DNA of 64,000 nucleotides from Macrostomum lignano (Eukaryota): NCBI GenBank assembly GCA_002269645.1, contig NIVC01002889.1, positions 67,680 to 131,679 of the forward strand, read 5' to 3'. Shown piece by piece: positions 13,630 to 24,982 of this stretch (position 1 is its first letter; each line of letters starts with the position of its first letter). The notes under the pieces were generated by a model. It saw only the letters and a program-made list of their open reading frames with translations, ran no database searches and was not told where the DNA came from. The position numbers and the translations under genes were made by a program.

Positions 13630-16600
13630 TCACACGCTTGACTCCTGCAGCATCACGGTTTCCACTCGCTTCTTCACCCCATCTGGTGCCGCAACGGCGG
13701 TGCCGCCCACCTGCGTGTCGATGGCAGCCGGCCGGCAGCCGCAGCACCGTCTGGCGAGTCCGCACAGCCGGCTGGCCAGCAGGGCCTCGCGGAATTCCGC
13801 GTTGGCAGCGAAGTGGGCCACGGCGGAGGCGGCCATGCTGGACTTGGCGCAGAGCAGCGCGGCGCGCACCAGAGAGCGGTGCAGCCGGCTGTGCTGCCGG
13901 ATTGGCGAGGCCACGGCGACCGCAGCGGTGACGGCGTAGGGCGCCCAGCACAGCAGGAAGGCGCCTTGAAGGCGGAGCGAATGGTGACTTGATTTAATGG
14001 TCAGGCAAATGGCCTCAGATGGAGTGCCTAAAGCAGGGACAAACACCATATTCTGTGACCAACACCATATTCTGTGACCAACACCATATTCTGTGACCAA
14101 CACCAGATTCTGTGACCAACACCATATTCTGTGACCAACACCATATTCTGTGACCAACACCATATTCTGTGACCAACACCATATTCTGTGACCAACACCA
14201 GATTCTGTGACCAACACCATATTCTGTGACCAACACCATATTCTGTGACCAACACCATATTCTGTGACCAACACCATATTCTGTGACCAACACCATATTC
14301 TGTGACCAACACCATATTCTGTGACCAACACCATATTCTGTGACCAACACCATATTCTGTGACCAACACCATATTCTGTGACTAACACCATATTCTGTGA
14401 CCAACACCATATTCTGTGACCAACACCATATTCTGTGACCAACACCATATTCTGTGACCAACACCATATTCTGTGACCAACACCATATTCTGTGACCAAC
14501 ACCAGATTCTGTGACCAACACCATATTCTGTGACCAACACCATATTCTGTGACCAACACCATATTCTGTGACCAACACCATATTCTGTGACCAACACCAT
14601 ATTCTGTGACCAACACCATATTCTGTGACCAAAACCATATTCTGTGACCAACACCATATTCTGTGACCAACACCATATTCTGTGACCAACACCATATTCT
14701 GTGACCAACACCATATTCTGTGACCAACACCATATTCTGTGACCAACACCATATTCTGTGACCAACACCATATTCTGTGACCAACACCATATTCTGTGAC
14801 CAACACCATATTCTGTGACCAACACCATATTCTGTGACCAACACCATATTCTGTGACCAACACCATATTCTGTGACCAACACCATATTCTGTGACCAACA
14901 CCATATTCTGTGACCAACACCATATTCTGTGACCAACACCATATTCTGTGACCAACACCATATTCTGTGACCAACACCATATTCTGTGACTAACACCATA
15001 TTCTGTGACCAACAGCATATTCTGTGACCAACACCATATTCTGTGACTAACACCATATTCTGTGACCAACACCAGATTCTGTGACCAACACCATATTCTG
15101 TGACCAACACCATATTCTGTGACCAACACCATATTCTGTGACCAACACCATATTCTGTGACCAATGGGCACATTTGCAACCGACAGCTCAGCCGCAGCCA
15201 TTGCGCGGCGCATCTGAAGGCTGCGTACGGCTGTTCAGTCCAAGGACTGGGGGTCGCCACACACCCTCAATTACCCCAGCTAATACTGGCACCCATTTTA
15301 CAGCTGGGTGAACTGAAGCAATGCAGAGTTAAGTGTCTTGCTCAAAGACACAAATTGTTCCGAGTGGGAATCGAACCCCCGACCTTTCATTCGTGAGACC
15401 GACGCTCTAACCACTAGACTACAACCCTCTTTCTAGTACATCCCGTGTGAGCGTGTGCATGAGCGCAAGCCTGAGTACAGTATTGGCGCGCTTGTATGTG
15501 CTCAGGAGGCAGCGGAATGAGCAGAATTGCCTCAGCACTGGTTCTGAAACTATGTCACGGAAGAAGTGCAATATATTATTATACTACACTGTAGAAGTCG
15601 AAAGCAATCCTCACCGATCACACACAGGATGTGGATTGCAACGCGGCGCTCCCGCCTCAGCTGGCTCTCAGCCTGCAAACTGCTCATCTGCCGCTTCGCC
15701 TGCAGCTGGAATGTCAAAGTTGCGATGGCAGCTGGGTAAGCAAAGACAGGACTCGGTTTGAAACACCGACACTAGAAATCATTCACTGAGGCACAGTAAG
15801 AATTTGAAGTGGAAGCAGTTTACGTAGAACAAGAGCTTCCAGTAGAAGGCTGCATATGCTGAGACATAATGAAATATAGAAAGTAGAAATTGAAATACAG
15901 GAGTGGCCGCGTTCTCAAAGCACAGCCGGAGACATGATGAAAACGACACAAGGAAAACAAAGACTCAAATCACTGGACACAGGTGCTCACGTAGGCGAAG
16001 ATCTTCCAGTAGGACACGCAGACACCAAGACATCGGGTGAAGCAGACACAGGATGAAATACACACAATGAAATAGACACAGGAGGACACAGACCCAAGCC
16101 TCAGCATGAGACACAGGTGCTCACGTAGGCGAAGATCTTCCAGTAGGACACGCAGACACCAAGACATCGGGTGAAACAGACACAGGATGAAATACACACA
16201 ATGAAATAGACACAGGAGGACACAGACCCAAGCCTCAGCATGAGACACAGGTGCTCACGTAGGCGAAGATCTTCCAGTAGGACACGCAGACACCAAGACA
16301 TCGGGTGAAACAGACACAGGATGAAATACACACAATGAAATAGACACAGGAGGACACAGACCCAAGCCTCAGCATGAGACACAGGTGCTCACGTAGGCGA
16401 AGATCTTCCAGTAGGACACGCAGACACCAAGACATCGGGTGAAACAGACACAGGATGAAATACACACAATGAAATAGACACAGGAGGACACAGACCCAAG
16501 CCTCAGCATGAGACACAGGTGCTCACGTAGGCGAAGATCTTCCAGTAGGACACGCAGACACCAAGACATCGGGTGAAACAGACACAGGATGAAATACACA

Positions 16601-17421
16601 CAATGAAATAGACACAGGAGGACACAGACCCAAGCCTCAGCATGAGACACAGGTGCTCACGTAGGCGAAGATCTTCCAGTAGGACACGCAGACACCAAGA
16701 CATCGGGTGAAACAGACACAGGATGAAATACACACAATGAAATAGACACAGGAGGACACAGACCCAAGCCTCAGCATGAGACACAGGTGCTCACGTAGGC
16801 GAAGATCTTCCAGTAGGACACGCAGACGATAACCAGTGGCAGAAGGAACTGTGCGGTGAGCAGACTCAGCCAGTATGCCCGGTGCCCGGACTCGCGGCTC
16901 GACCAGTTCAGATCACAGGTGGACACGGAGCGAACGGCGACGAACAGTGAGTCGCTGACGACAATGGGTAGCATCCATAGCAACGACATGGCAACCAGGC
17001 AAGCGATGAGTCGGACAGCAGCTCGGGTGGACACACTGCGGCTGGTGAGGATGGACCGGCAGCGAAGAAGCGACAGCGCGGTGAGCACGTTCAGCGACGT
17101 GAGGCCCAGCCAGCCAGTCCAGAAGACGTACCAGCGACAGTACCAGCTGGGGAAGCGCCACTGCGGTCTCCAGGCCGCGTGTACATTCAGCAGAGCGGCC
17201 AGGATGCTGCAGAGACAATTGCTGATGAAGCTGGCGCACAACAGCCAGGAGAAGCCGTTCCACAGGGACTTCGAGACAATGTGAGTGTAGGCGGCCAGTC
17301 CGTTGGCGCTGATGGCCGTGGCGAAGATGAGGGAGAAGCTGGTCGCGTCGATGTAGCGCTCCAGGTCTGTCGGTGTGTCTTCTTCCGCCGCTGAGGTCGC
17401 GTTGACTGTGCCGGCCTGCAT
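13630..17421 (-). CDS. Divergent opsin-like class A GPCR (non-rhabdomeric type), three exons, about 337 aa
   Basis: Exon 1 17421-16795 (TM1-5: WRFPSWYCRWYVFW, STCDLNW, FLLPLVIVCVSYWKIFAY|GTGAGC); putative exon 2 15213-15162 (MRRAMAAAELSVANVPI, boundaries uncertain); exon 3 13964-13630 (GAFLLCWAPYAV TM6; LCAKSSM with Lys at 13845-13843 in register with rhodopsin K296; NAEFR helix 8). Confidence 0.85.
14043..15163. repeat. 19-bp minisatellite (TTCTGTGACCAACACCATA), about 59 copies, opsin intron 2
   Basis: Near-perfect array; because 19 is not a multiple of 3 it gives the GHRIWCWSQNMVLVTEY pseudo-ORFs in all minus frames. Confidence 0.98.
15270..15425 (-). mobile_element. tRNA-derived SINE with CORE-like central domain
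   Basis: Minus strand reads A-box-like TAGTCTAGTGG and B-box GGTTCGATTCC, then TGTGTCTTTGAGCAAGACACTTAAC and CACCCAGCTGTAAAATGGG, resembling the conserved MIR/CORE-type central words. Confidence 0.7.
15432..15580 (+). mobile_element. SINE family A, 3' fragment
   Basis: Shares GTGTGAGCGTGTG...CTGAGTACAGTATTGGCGCGCTTG...CTCAGG...GCGGAAT...AATTGCCTCAGC with copies at 18200 and 31265. Confidence 0.7.
15972..16827. repeat. 134-bp tandem repeat (about 6.4 copies) containing the last 33 nt of opsin exon 1 and its donor site
   Basis: Each unit contains GTAGGCGAAGATCTTCCAGTAGGACACGCAGAC (identical to exon 16795-16827) preceded by CACAGGTGCTCAC (donor GTGAGCACCTGTG on minus). Confidence 0.95.
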
Positions 17422-18199
17422 GCTTAAAGTGAATTGTTCTTCTGTAGTCAATTGACGAAAATCTTTATTAGAGTTTTTTTAAAGTGACTTGAGCAGCTGA
17501 GCGATGTACACTGGAAGTGAGATGGTTGTCCAAGGACTTCTGAAGTCACTTCTGAAGTACTCCTTGTGGTTGTCAAGCGGGTTGTTCGGGGACGCAGCAG
17601 ATTTTTATTAAAATCAGATCTCGCCAGAAGCAAAACAGTCTCATCTTCAAGTGCCTCAAGGTTGTCAACTGAAAAGCAGTGCTGCTCACTTTATAGTTGC
17701 TCAAAAGCACCTGCCTTTCAGTTTGCACCGCCCATTTTTTTAGGCAAACCAATAGGAGCAGGTGGAGATTGGAATCGCTGATTTTTAGTGATGAGCTCGC
17801 ATTGTCCGGATCACATCTTAGCGTCATCACTAATCCAGAGTAGAGATGGGCTTTAGGGCTGTCACGACTTTCTTAGTTATTTTATCAGTGACAGTACACC
17901 TTCACTTGTCTCTGCTTACTTTTTCTCCTTCTCTGTCCTGTTCAAATCTTGTTAATCTTCTCTCTCTATACCTCGCTCCTTTCTGATTGGTTCTCTATTC
18001 TCGTCTCTCTCTCCTCAGTCGCACACTCCACCCCCCCCCCAGGTTATTGACATTAATATACCTGTTTGGGCCCTGAGCTCCACTTACCGTCTGTTTGGTC
18101 TAATTAATTAAGTATCCTCTCAATTAAAATAGTCGTATTACATTATTTTGTTTACAGGGGCTTTTGCAGGAAAATTGGCCTGTGAGTTTTCGTGCGATT

Positions 18200-18375
18200 C
18201 ACACACACGAAGGCTGACCCCCCAAGGCACAGAGAGTGTACATGCCTGCTGATTAGAAAGCCAGGGCCGCTGTACACCCTGTGTAAGCGTGTGCCTGAGT
18301 GCAGTATTGGCGCGCTTGTGTGTTCAGGAGTCAGCGGGATCGGCTGAATTGCCTCAGCGCTCGTGGCGGGACGAT
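18200..18375 (+). mobile_element. SINE family A, central/3' part
   Basis: CCCCCCAAGGCACAG..GTGTACATGCC..GATTAGAAAGCCAGGGCCGCTGTACACCCTGTGT core shared with 27580, 31265, 45680, 54670. Confidence 0.7.
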
Positions 18376-18627
18376 GTCGCCGAAGGCGTTGCGCCTGGGT
18401 GCGCGCCAGCCCTGCTGCGAATCTTAATACAGCTCAAGAGACTGAGGTACGGAAATTGAAGGTTCTTTTATAGCAGCTTTCGAGTTTCAGTTTTATCTCA
18501 AAAAATGGTTGCAAATCGAGTCACTCAATCTGTTTTATCAACTGTAGCATTAGTAAGGATTAAACTTGATTGAGTCACAGTGTAAAACTAGTCAGAATTC
18601 CGAATTAGGTCAGGTGCTCAAGCCGCG

Positions 18628-21362
18628 CTAACCGGACCTGAAGGCGTCCCGGCCACGGGTCCGGATGAGCCGCTCCAAGTCGTTGTTATCAAAGAAGGGC
18701 AACCGGCGCAGCTCCGCAAACTTTCTGCTGGCCATTTTCACACAGCGGCCCCACGCGTCTCTGGCCGCGCACACGGGCCGCTCGACCAGCTGGAAGCAGG
18801 GCATTCGGACCAGGCGGAAGAACCAGTCGAGCACCGACTGACCTTCCGTGTCCTTTGATTGCTTCAGGCAGTAATAGAAACTGTAGTGTGGTTTTTGGGG
18901 GATCGGTGAGAGTTGAAAATTATTAAAATTAGATTGTTAGAAGCTAGTTGAGACTAGAAAATGAGACGTCACTTAATGTTTAGAATAGAAATTATTAGAT
19001 GAGACTAGATAATAGATTATCAAATGAGACTGGATAATGGATTATAAAATGAGATTAGATAATGGATTATCAGATGAGACTAGATAATGGATTATCAAAT
19101 GAGATTAGATAATGGATTATCAGATGAGACTAGATAATGGATTATGAAATGAGACTAGATATTGGATTATGAAATGAGACTAGATAATGGATTATGAAAT
19201 GAGACTAGATAATAGATTATGAAATGAGACTAGATATTGGATTATCAGATGAGACTAGATAATGGATTATGAAATGAGACTAGATATTGGATTATGAAAT
19301 GAGACTAGATATTGGATTATGAAATGAGACTAGATAATGGATTATGAAATGAGACTAGATATTGGATTATGAAATGAGACTAGATATTGGATTATGAAAT
19401 GAGACTGGGTAATGGATTATCAGATGAGACTAGATAATGGGTTAGGGTTATCAGATGAGACTAGATAATGGATTATCAAATGAGATTAGATATTGGATTA
19501 TCAGATGAGACTGGATAATGGATTATCAGATGAGACTGGATAATGGATTATCAGATGAGACTAGATAATGGATTATCAGATGAGACTAGATAATGGATTA
19601 TGAAAAGAGACTCGATATTGGATTATGAAATGAGACTAGATATTGGATTATCAGATGAGACTAGATAATGGATTATGAAATGAGACTCGATAATGGATTA
19701 TCAATTGAGACTACATATTGAATTATCAGACGAGATTAGATATTAGATTATCAGATGAGATTAGATATTAGATTATCAGATGAGATTAGATGTTGAATTA
19801 TAGGATGAGATTAGATATTGGATTATAGGATGAGATTAGATAACGGATTATCAGATGAGATTAGATAACGGATTATCAGATGAGATTAGACAGTGGTGCA
19901 TCGGATGAGAATAGAGTAACAGAAGAGCATCAGAGAATTAGAGACCATACTAAAAGTGCAGGTCAAGGATCTAGGCTCGTATTTAAAATGTATAAGAAGG
20001 CATCAGCACAAATACAGTCAGGAATCACCTGACGTCGCACTCGCAGTGAGAAATGGTGAAGTGGAACAGACTCGTGTAGCCATATCGAGTCTGCAGAGGG
20101 TCGATCACTGTGGTGCAATGGTCGTGATCTCTGCAGCATTTGTCAGTTTCGAACGCGCTGCCGAGGTCCGAATAATTGCTCACTCGGGCGCCTGGAATGG
20201 CGCCATCGAGTAACGAGGTCGTTCATTTGTTGGTTTTAATAAATCTAGTAGATTAATTACAATACAGTATAAACCTACTATAACTTATAGTAGATAGATC
20301 ATTCCAATTTGAATTATAAGTAGTATAAGTAGTCTGTTAGCATAAAATCTCACTGCAAGTATTGTTACATAGTATACTTCACTGCAAGCTACATGCTACA
20401 TGGAGTCAAGTTTGTATGTATGCTATTTATGCTATGTAACAATAGGTTTCACTGACACCCCTGGTGCTGGCGCCCCTGGTGCTGGCGCCCCTGGTGCTGG
20501 CGCCCCTGGTGCTGGCGCCCCTGGTGCTGGCGCCCCTGGTGCTGGCGCCCCTGGTGCTGGCGCCCCTGGTGCTGGCGCCCCTGGTGCTGGCGCCCCTGGT
20601 GCTGGCGCCCCTGGTGCTGGCGCCCCTGGTGCTGGCGCCCCTGGTGCTGGCGCCCCTGGTGCTGGCGCCCCTGGTGCTGGCGCCCCTGGTGCTGGCGCCC
20701 CTGGTGCTGGCGCCCCTGGTGCTGGCGCCCCTGGTGCTGGCGCCCCTGGTGCTGGCGCCCCTGGTGCTGGCGCCCCTGGTGCTGGCGCCCCTGGTGCTGG
20801 CGCCCCTGGTGCTGGCGCCCCTGGTGCTGGCGCCCCTGGTGCTGGCGCCCCTGGTGCTGGCGCCCCTGGTGCTGGCGCCCCTGGTGCTGGCGCCCCTGGT
20901 GCTGGCGCCCCTGGTGCTGGCGCCCCTGGTGCTGGCGCCCCTGGTGCTGGCGCCCCTGGTGCTGGCGCCCCTGGTGCTGGCGCCCCTGGTGCTGGCGCCC
21001 CTGGTGCTGGCGCCCCTGGTGCTGGCGCCCCTGGTGCTGGCGCCCCTGGTGCTGGCGCCCCTGGTGCTGGCGCCCCTGGTGCTGGCGCCCCTGGTGCTGG
21101 CGCCCCTGGTGCTGGCGCCCCTGGTGCTAAAGCCCTTAGTGCTAAAGCCCCTGGTGCTGGCCCTCCCAAGTCTCCCAAGTCAAGTTCAGTGTATCAAACT
21201 TTTCCCTGTATAATATATATTATTACATTTTATTTAGCACTTACCTGTGCCGCACCACTTAGTTTTGGGGTGAATAAATGTCGGATTAGTGTTGTAATCA
21301 ACGCCCGGCACGAGAGCCGGCAGGCCTAAGACGAGAATTAGAGAAAAAGTTGGCATTGCCAT
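18628..21362 (-). CDS. Group III (bee-venom-like) secreted phospholipase A2, three exons, 177 aa
   Basis: Exon 1 21362-21245 (signal peptide, HPKTKWCGT-G, donor GTAAGT), exon 2 20191-20029 (ARVSNYSDLGSAFETDKCCRDHDHC...ISHCECDV), exon 3 18880-18628 (SFYYCLKQSKD...FFRLVRMPCF...C...GRC). Phases 1 and 2 join correctly; His-Asp dyad and WCGxG Ca loop intact. Not visible in the ORF track as a whole. Confidence 0.93.
19000..19890. repeat. 25-bp minisatellite (GAGACTAGATAATGGATTATCAGAT and variants), PLA2 intron 2
   Basis: About 35 variable copies. Confidence 0.95.
20458..21165. repeat. Perfect 15-bp repeat (CCCCTGGTGCTGGCG), about 45 copies, PLA2 intron 1
   Basis: Direct reading; generates the GAPGA/LAPLV pseudo-ORFs. 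Confidence 0.98.
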
Positions 21363-21904
21363 ATTTAGCGATTGTAAATATACTGTAGAGCTTAGCTAAT
21401 TTTGTTCGTAATTCAGCTTGTATATAATGGCTAGATGAAGTATCGATTTTCACTGCTGCACATGTAGCAGGGTGTAGCAGTTCGTTCCGTCTATGACTGA
21501 GGAGCGGGGAGGGGTTCACAGTTGGACCATAGACAACTGCAACACAGCCGGAGAAGTTTGCTTTGGGCTTGCCGAGAATGATTATATTTGTCTATTTTTA
21601 GATTGCTTGCTACAGTAGCATAAATATGATAGACCTGCTGTTTGATGTCTATTATAAATCTACCTACTAGTTGAGACAGACTACTAACTATTAAAATAGT
21701 TTGAACGATTATTATTCAAGCAAGCGTGAACTAAGAGTATAGGAGTTTCAGCAATATCTGGGTTTTAGTTAAGAAAAACAAACGGAAAAAATCCAACGGT
21801 CAGAGGGTGATTTAAGACTGCTTATCCAGTGGTCAGCAATGTCTGTGAAACCCAGAAGCATTTAAAACCTTGCATTAGAAATCCAGCCTGCTCAAGGTTT
21901 CTAT

Positions 21905-22945
21905 CTCTTATCAGTACTCTTCTCTCGAATCTTCTCTTTTTCTCCTCTCTCTTCTCTCCTCTCTTTTCCTCTGTCTTTTCTCTCTTATCTTCTCCTCTGT
22001 CCTCTTCTCTCTTCTCCTCTGTCCTCTTCTCTCTTCTCTTCTCTGTCCTCTTCTCTTCTCCTCTGTCCTCTTCTCTCTTCTCTTCTCCTCTGTCCTCTTC
22101 TCTTCTCCTCTGTCCTCTTCTCTCTTCTCTTCTCCTCTGTCCTCTTCTCTTCTCCTCTGTCCCCTTCTCTTCTCTCTTCTCCTCTGTCCTCTTCTCTTCT
22201 CCTCTGTCCCCTTCTCTTCTCTCTTCTCCTCTGTCCTCTTCTCTTCTCCTCTGTCCCCTTCCCTTCTCTCTTCTCCTCTGTCCTCTTCTCTTCTCCTCTG
22301 TCCCCTTCTCTTCTCTCTTCTCCTCTGTCCTCTTCTCTTCTCCTCTGTCCCCTTCTCTTCTCTCTTCTCCTCTGTCCCCTTCTCTTCTCTCTTCTCCTCT
22401 GTCCCCTTCTCTTCTCTCTTATCCTCTGTCCTCTTCTCTTCTCTCTTCTCCTCTGTCCTCTTCTCTTCTCCTCTGTCCTCTTCTCTTCTCCTCTGTCCCC
22501 TTCTCTTCTCTCTTCTCCTCTGTCCTCTTCTCTTCTCCTCTGTCCCCTTCTCTTCTCTCTTCTCCTCTGTCCTCTTCTCTTCTCCTCTGTCCCCTTCTCT
22601 TCTCTCTTCTCCTCTGTCCTCTTCTCTTCTCCTCTGTCCCCTTCTCTTCTCTCTTCTCCTCTGTCCCCTTCTCTTCTCTCTTCTCCTCTGTCCCCTTCTC
22701 TTCTCTCTTCTCCTCTGTCCCCTTCTCTTCTCTCTTATCCTCTGTCCTCTTCTCTTCTCTCTTCTCCTTTTTCCTCTTCTCTCCTCTCTTCTCCTCTGTC
22801 TCTTCTTTCCTCTCTTCTCTGTTCTGTTCTGTTCTCTCCTCTCTTCTCCTCTGTCTCTTCTTTCCTCTCTTCTCTGTTCTGTTCTCTTCTCTCTACTCTC
22901 CTTTCCTCTCTTCTCCCCTCTACTCGTACTCTTCTCTCTCCTCTG
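21905..22945. repeat. CT-rich low-complexity repeat (CTCTTCTCCTCTGTCC units)
   Basis: About 1 kb polypyrimidine strand. Confidence 0.95.
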
Positions 22946-23124
22946 GCCCGCTAGATTCTGTCCGGCCCTTAAAGTAAAAAGCTTTGCCGACCCCTGGTTT
23001 AAACTATCAAGAGGCTGTACTGTTGCGATAAAACAGAATATAATTGTAGTCTTAGGACAGGAATTTGCAGTAGAGATCATATCCGTTCCGTTCCGTTCAA
23101 ATTGCAGGCTCAGTGGACTTTGGT

Positions 23125-23997
23125 TCAGTTGTACATCCGGTACCTCTTGTACTCCGCAACAGCCGGTTTGTACTTCATCCACAGGCCGCTCGTGGCCAGG
23201 TCCCGGTCCACCTGGAAGTCGCGAAATTCCACGTGACGGCAGGTGGCAGTGGACTCCATGTACAGGGCGCTGGTGCACACGGAGTTGCTGGCGGCCTCGA
23301 CTAGGCAGTCAACTAGACTCAATTTGCCGGGTACAACGCTCGAGCAGTACTCATTCGGCTGGCGATAGCCGTGGGCGGCAAATTTGGCTCGCTGCCAGAA
23401 GTTGACGCCAACTGCGCGGCTGGCAGCTACGGTGGACAGCGGCAGGCACAGCAGGGAGTGCAGCTCAGAGCAGTTGGCGAACTCCAGGCCGTCGCTGCTC
23501 GGGCGGTAGAGCACGCAGTCTACTGGATCTGAGCTACTGTTGGCCGCCTTCTCGTCAATGTAGGTATTGGCAGCGGTTGTCGAATAGCTGCTGTTAGTCC
23601 GTAGAGCGTACTGCTTAGCGAACCTGTTTCTTAGTGCAGACTCAGCAGCGATGGCTCGCGCAGTCAGTCCAGTCCAGAATGCTACATCACCGGTCAGGTT
23701 CAGCTTCATCAGGCTGACGGCCGCGTCAGAGCTCAGCGAGCTGACGGCCAGTCTGCCACCAGCTGATCGACAGGCCCGTGCGGCGCTGCACCAGGTGTGC
23801 AACGGACTGACGGTTGCCATGGCGCAGGTGGAATTGTCCAACTGGAAAGGAAACCCGGCGTTGGATGAGCAGTTGACGTCTTTGAGCTCAGCTGGGGTAG
23901 TCTCAAAGTCCATGGAGGGAAACCTCTGGCCGAACGCACCGTCAAAGAGGCAGCAGACAGGGAGTACCGCGAATAGAAGCAGCAGCAGTGACCGCAT
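23125..23997 (-). CDS. Secreted C-type-lectin-like domain protein with C-terminal PAN/apple-like segment, intronless, 290 aa
   Basis: Signal peptide MRSLLLLLFAVLPVC; CTLD pattern TWCSAARACRSAGGRLA...FWTGL...DCV...ANCSELHSLLC; tail CSSVVPGKLSLVDCLVEAASNSVCTSALY...TCRH. Confidence 0.8.
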   Translation of the reverse strand: MRSLLLLLFAVLPVCCLFDGAFGQRFPSMDFETTPAELKDVNCSSNAGFPFQLDNSTCAMATVSPLHTWCSAARACRSAGGRLAVSSLSSDAAVSLMKLNLTGDVAFWTGLTARAIAAESALRNRFAKQYALRTNSSYSTTAANTYIDEKAANSSSDPVDCVLYRPSSDGLEFANCSELHSLLCLPLSTVAASRAVGVNFWQRAKFAAHGYRQPNEYCSSVVPGKLSLVDCLVEAASNSVCTSALYMESTATCRHVEFRDFQVDRDLATSGLWMKYKPAVAEYKRYRMYN

Positions 23998-24618
23998 GCT
24001 TGGCTGCTCAGCCGCGAGTGCAGCTAAAGATTAAGTTAAAGCAGTTTCTATGGATGGTTGGACAGACGGGGATAAATATAGCTAACGGATTCAGTCGACT
24101 GGGTGGCTGGGGCTGTTGACTTCCAGTTGTCATGCCTGACTAATCATCTAAGTAAGCCTACCTGCTGTAACCATGGATACGATGCCGCCACTGATGCGCC
24201 GACGCTGTAAATAAACTGTTAGCTCGCTTCTATCTCCCCCATCTTAGCTTGAAATTGTCCCTTGGTCAGGATGCTGCTCCGGATATGTTTGTGTTGGGTA
24301 ATGAGACAGCCCTGGCATCAGGTGATCTGCTTGAGAGAAACAGCATTGGGACTGACTGGATTGGAAAGGCTTGCTGCAAGGCTTCCTTAGCAACAGTTGC
24401 TAGCTGCAACAAAAACAGCTAAAGCAAGCCCGCCCAGTTTTGTTCCACGCTCATCCGTTGGGGTTTTGCTTCCGAAAGGAATTCTAGAAAAAGAAAATTC
24501 CAACTAAACGTACACAAGTATGCGGGTTAGGATAACTTTTACGCTATTACTACTTGTAAGTAGCATGAAATTTTTTCAGGCTTCTTGTACCAGAGAAATG
24601 AGTCAAGAAGTGTCTTGA

Positions 24619-24982
<364 letters not shown>

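Noticed and set aside
14015-15260. Long GHRIWCWSQNMVLVTEY ORFs
   Set aside because: The 19-bp stop-free unit gives the same peptide in all three minus frames; intronic.
15970-16784. Five identical 93-aa hydrophobic ORFs
   Set aside because: Produced by the 134-bp repeat; each spans two units with no independent gene structure.
20400-21329. (GAPGA)n elastin/collagen-like ORF
   Set aside because: Perfect DNA-level 15-mer with no synonymous variation, antisense within intron 1 of a well-supported PLA2 gene.
21827-22996. Possible hAT element (CAGTGGTCAGCAA ... TTGCCGACCCCTG) around the CT-rich tract
   Set aside because: The ends match only loosely and the flanking 8-mers (TGCTTATC, GTTTAAAC) do not form a TSD.
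21829-23278. 382-aa Ser/Leu and 455-aa Arg/Glu ORFs
   Set aside because: Translations of the CT/GA low-complexity tract.
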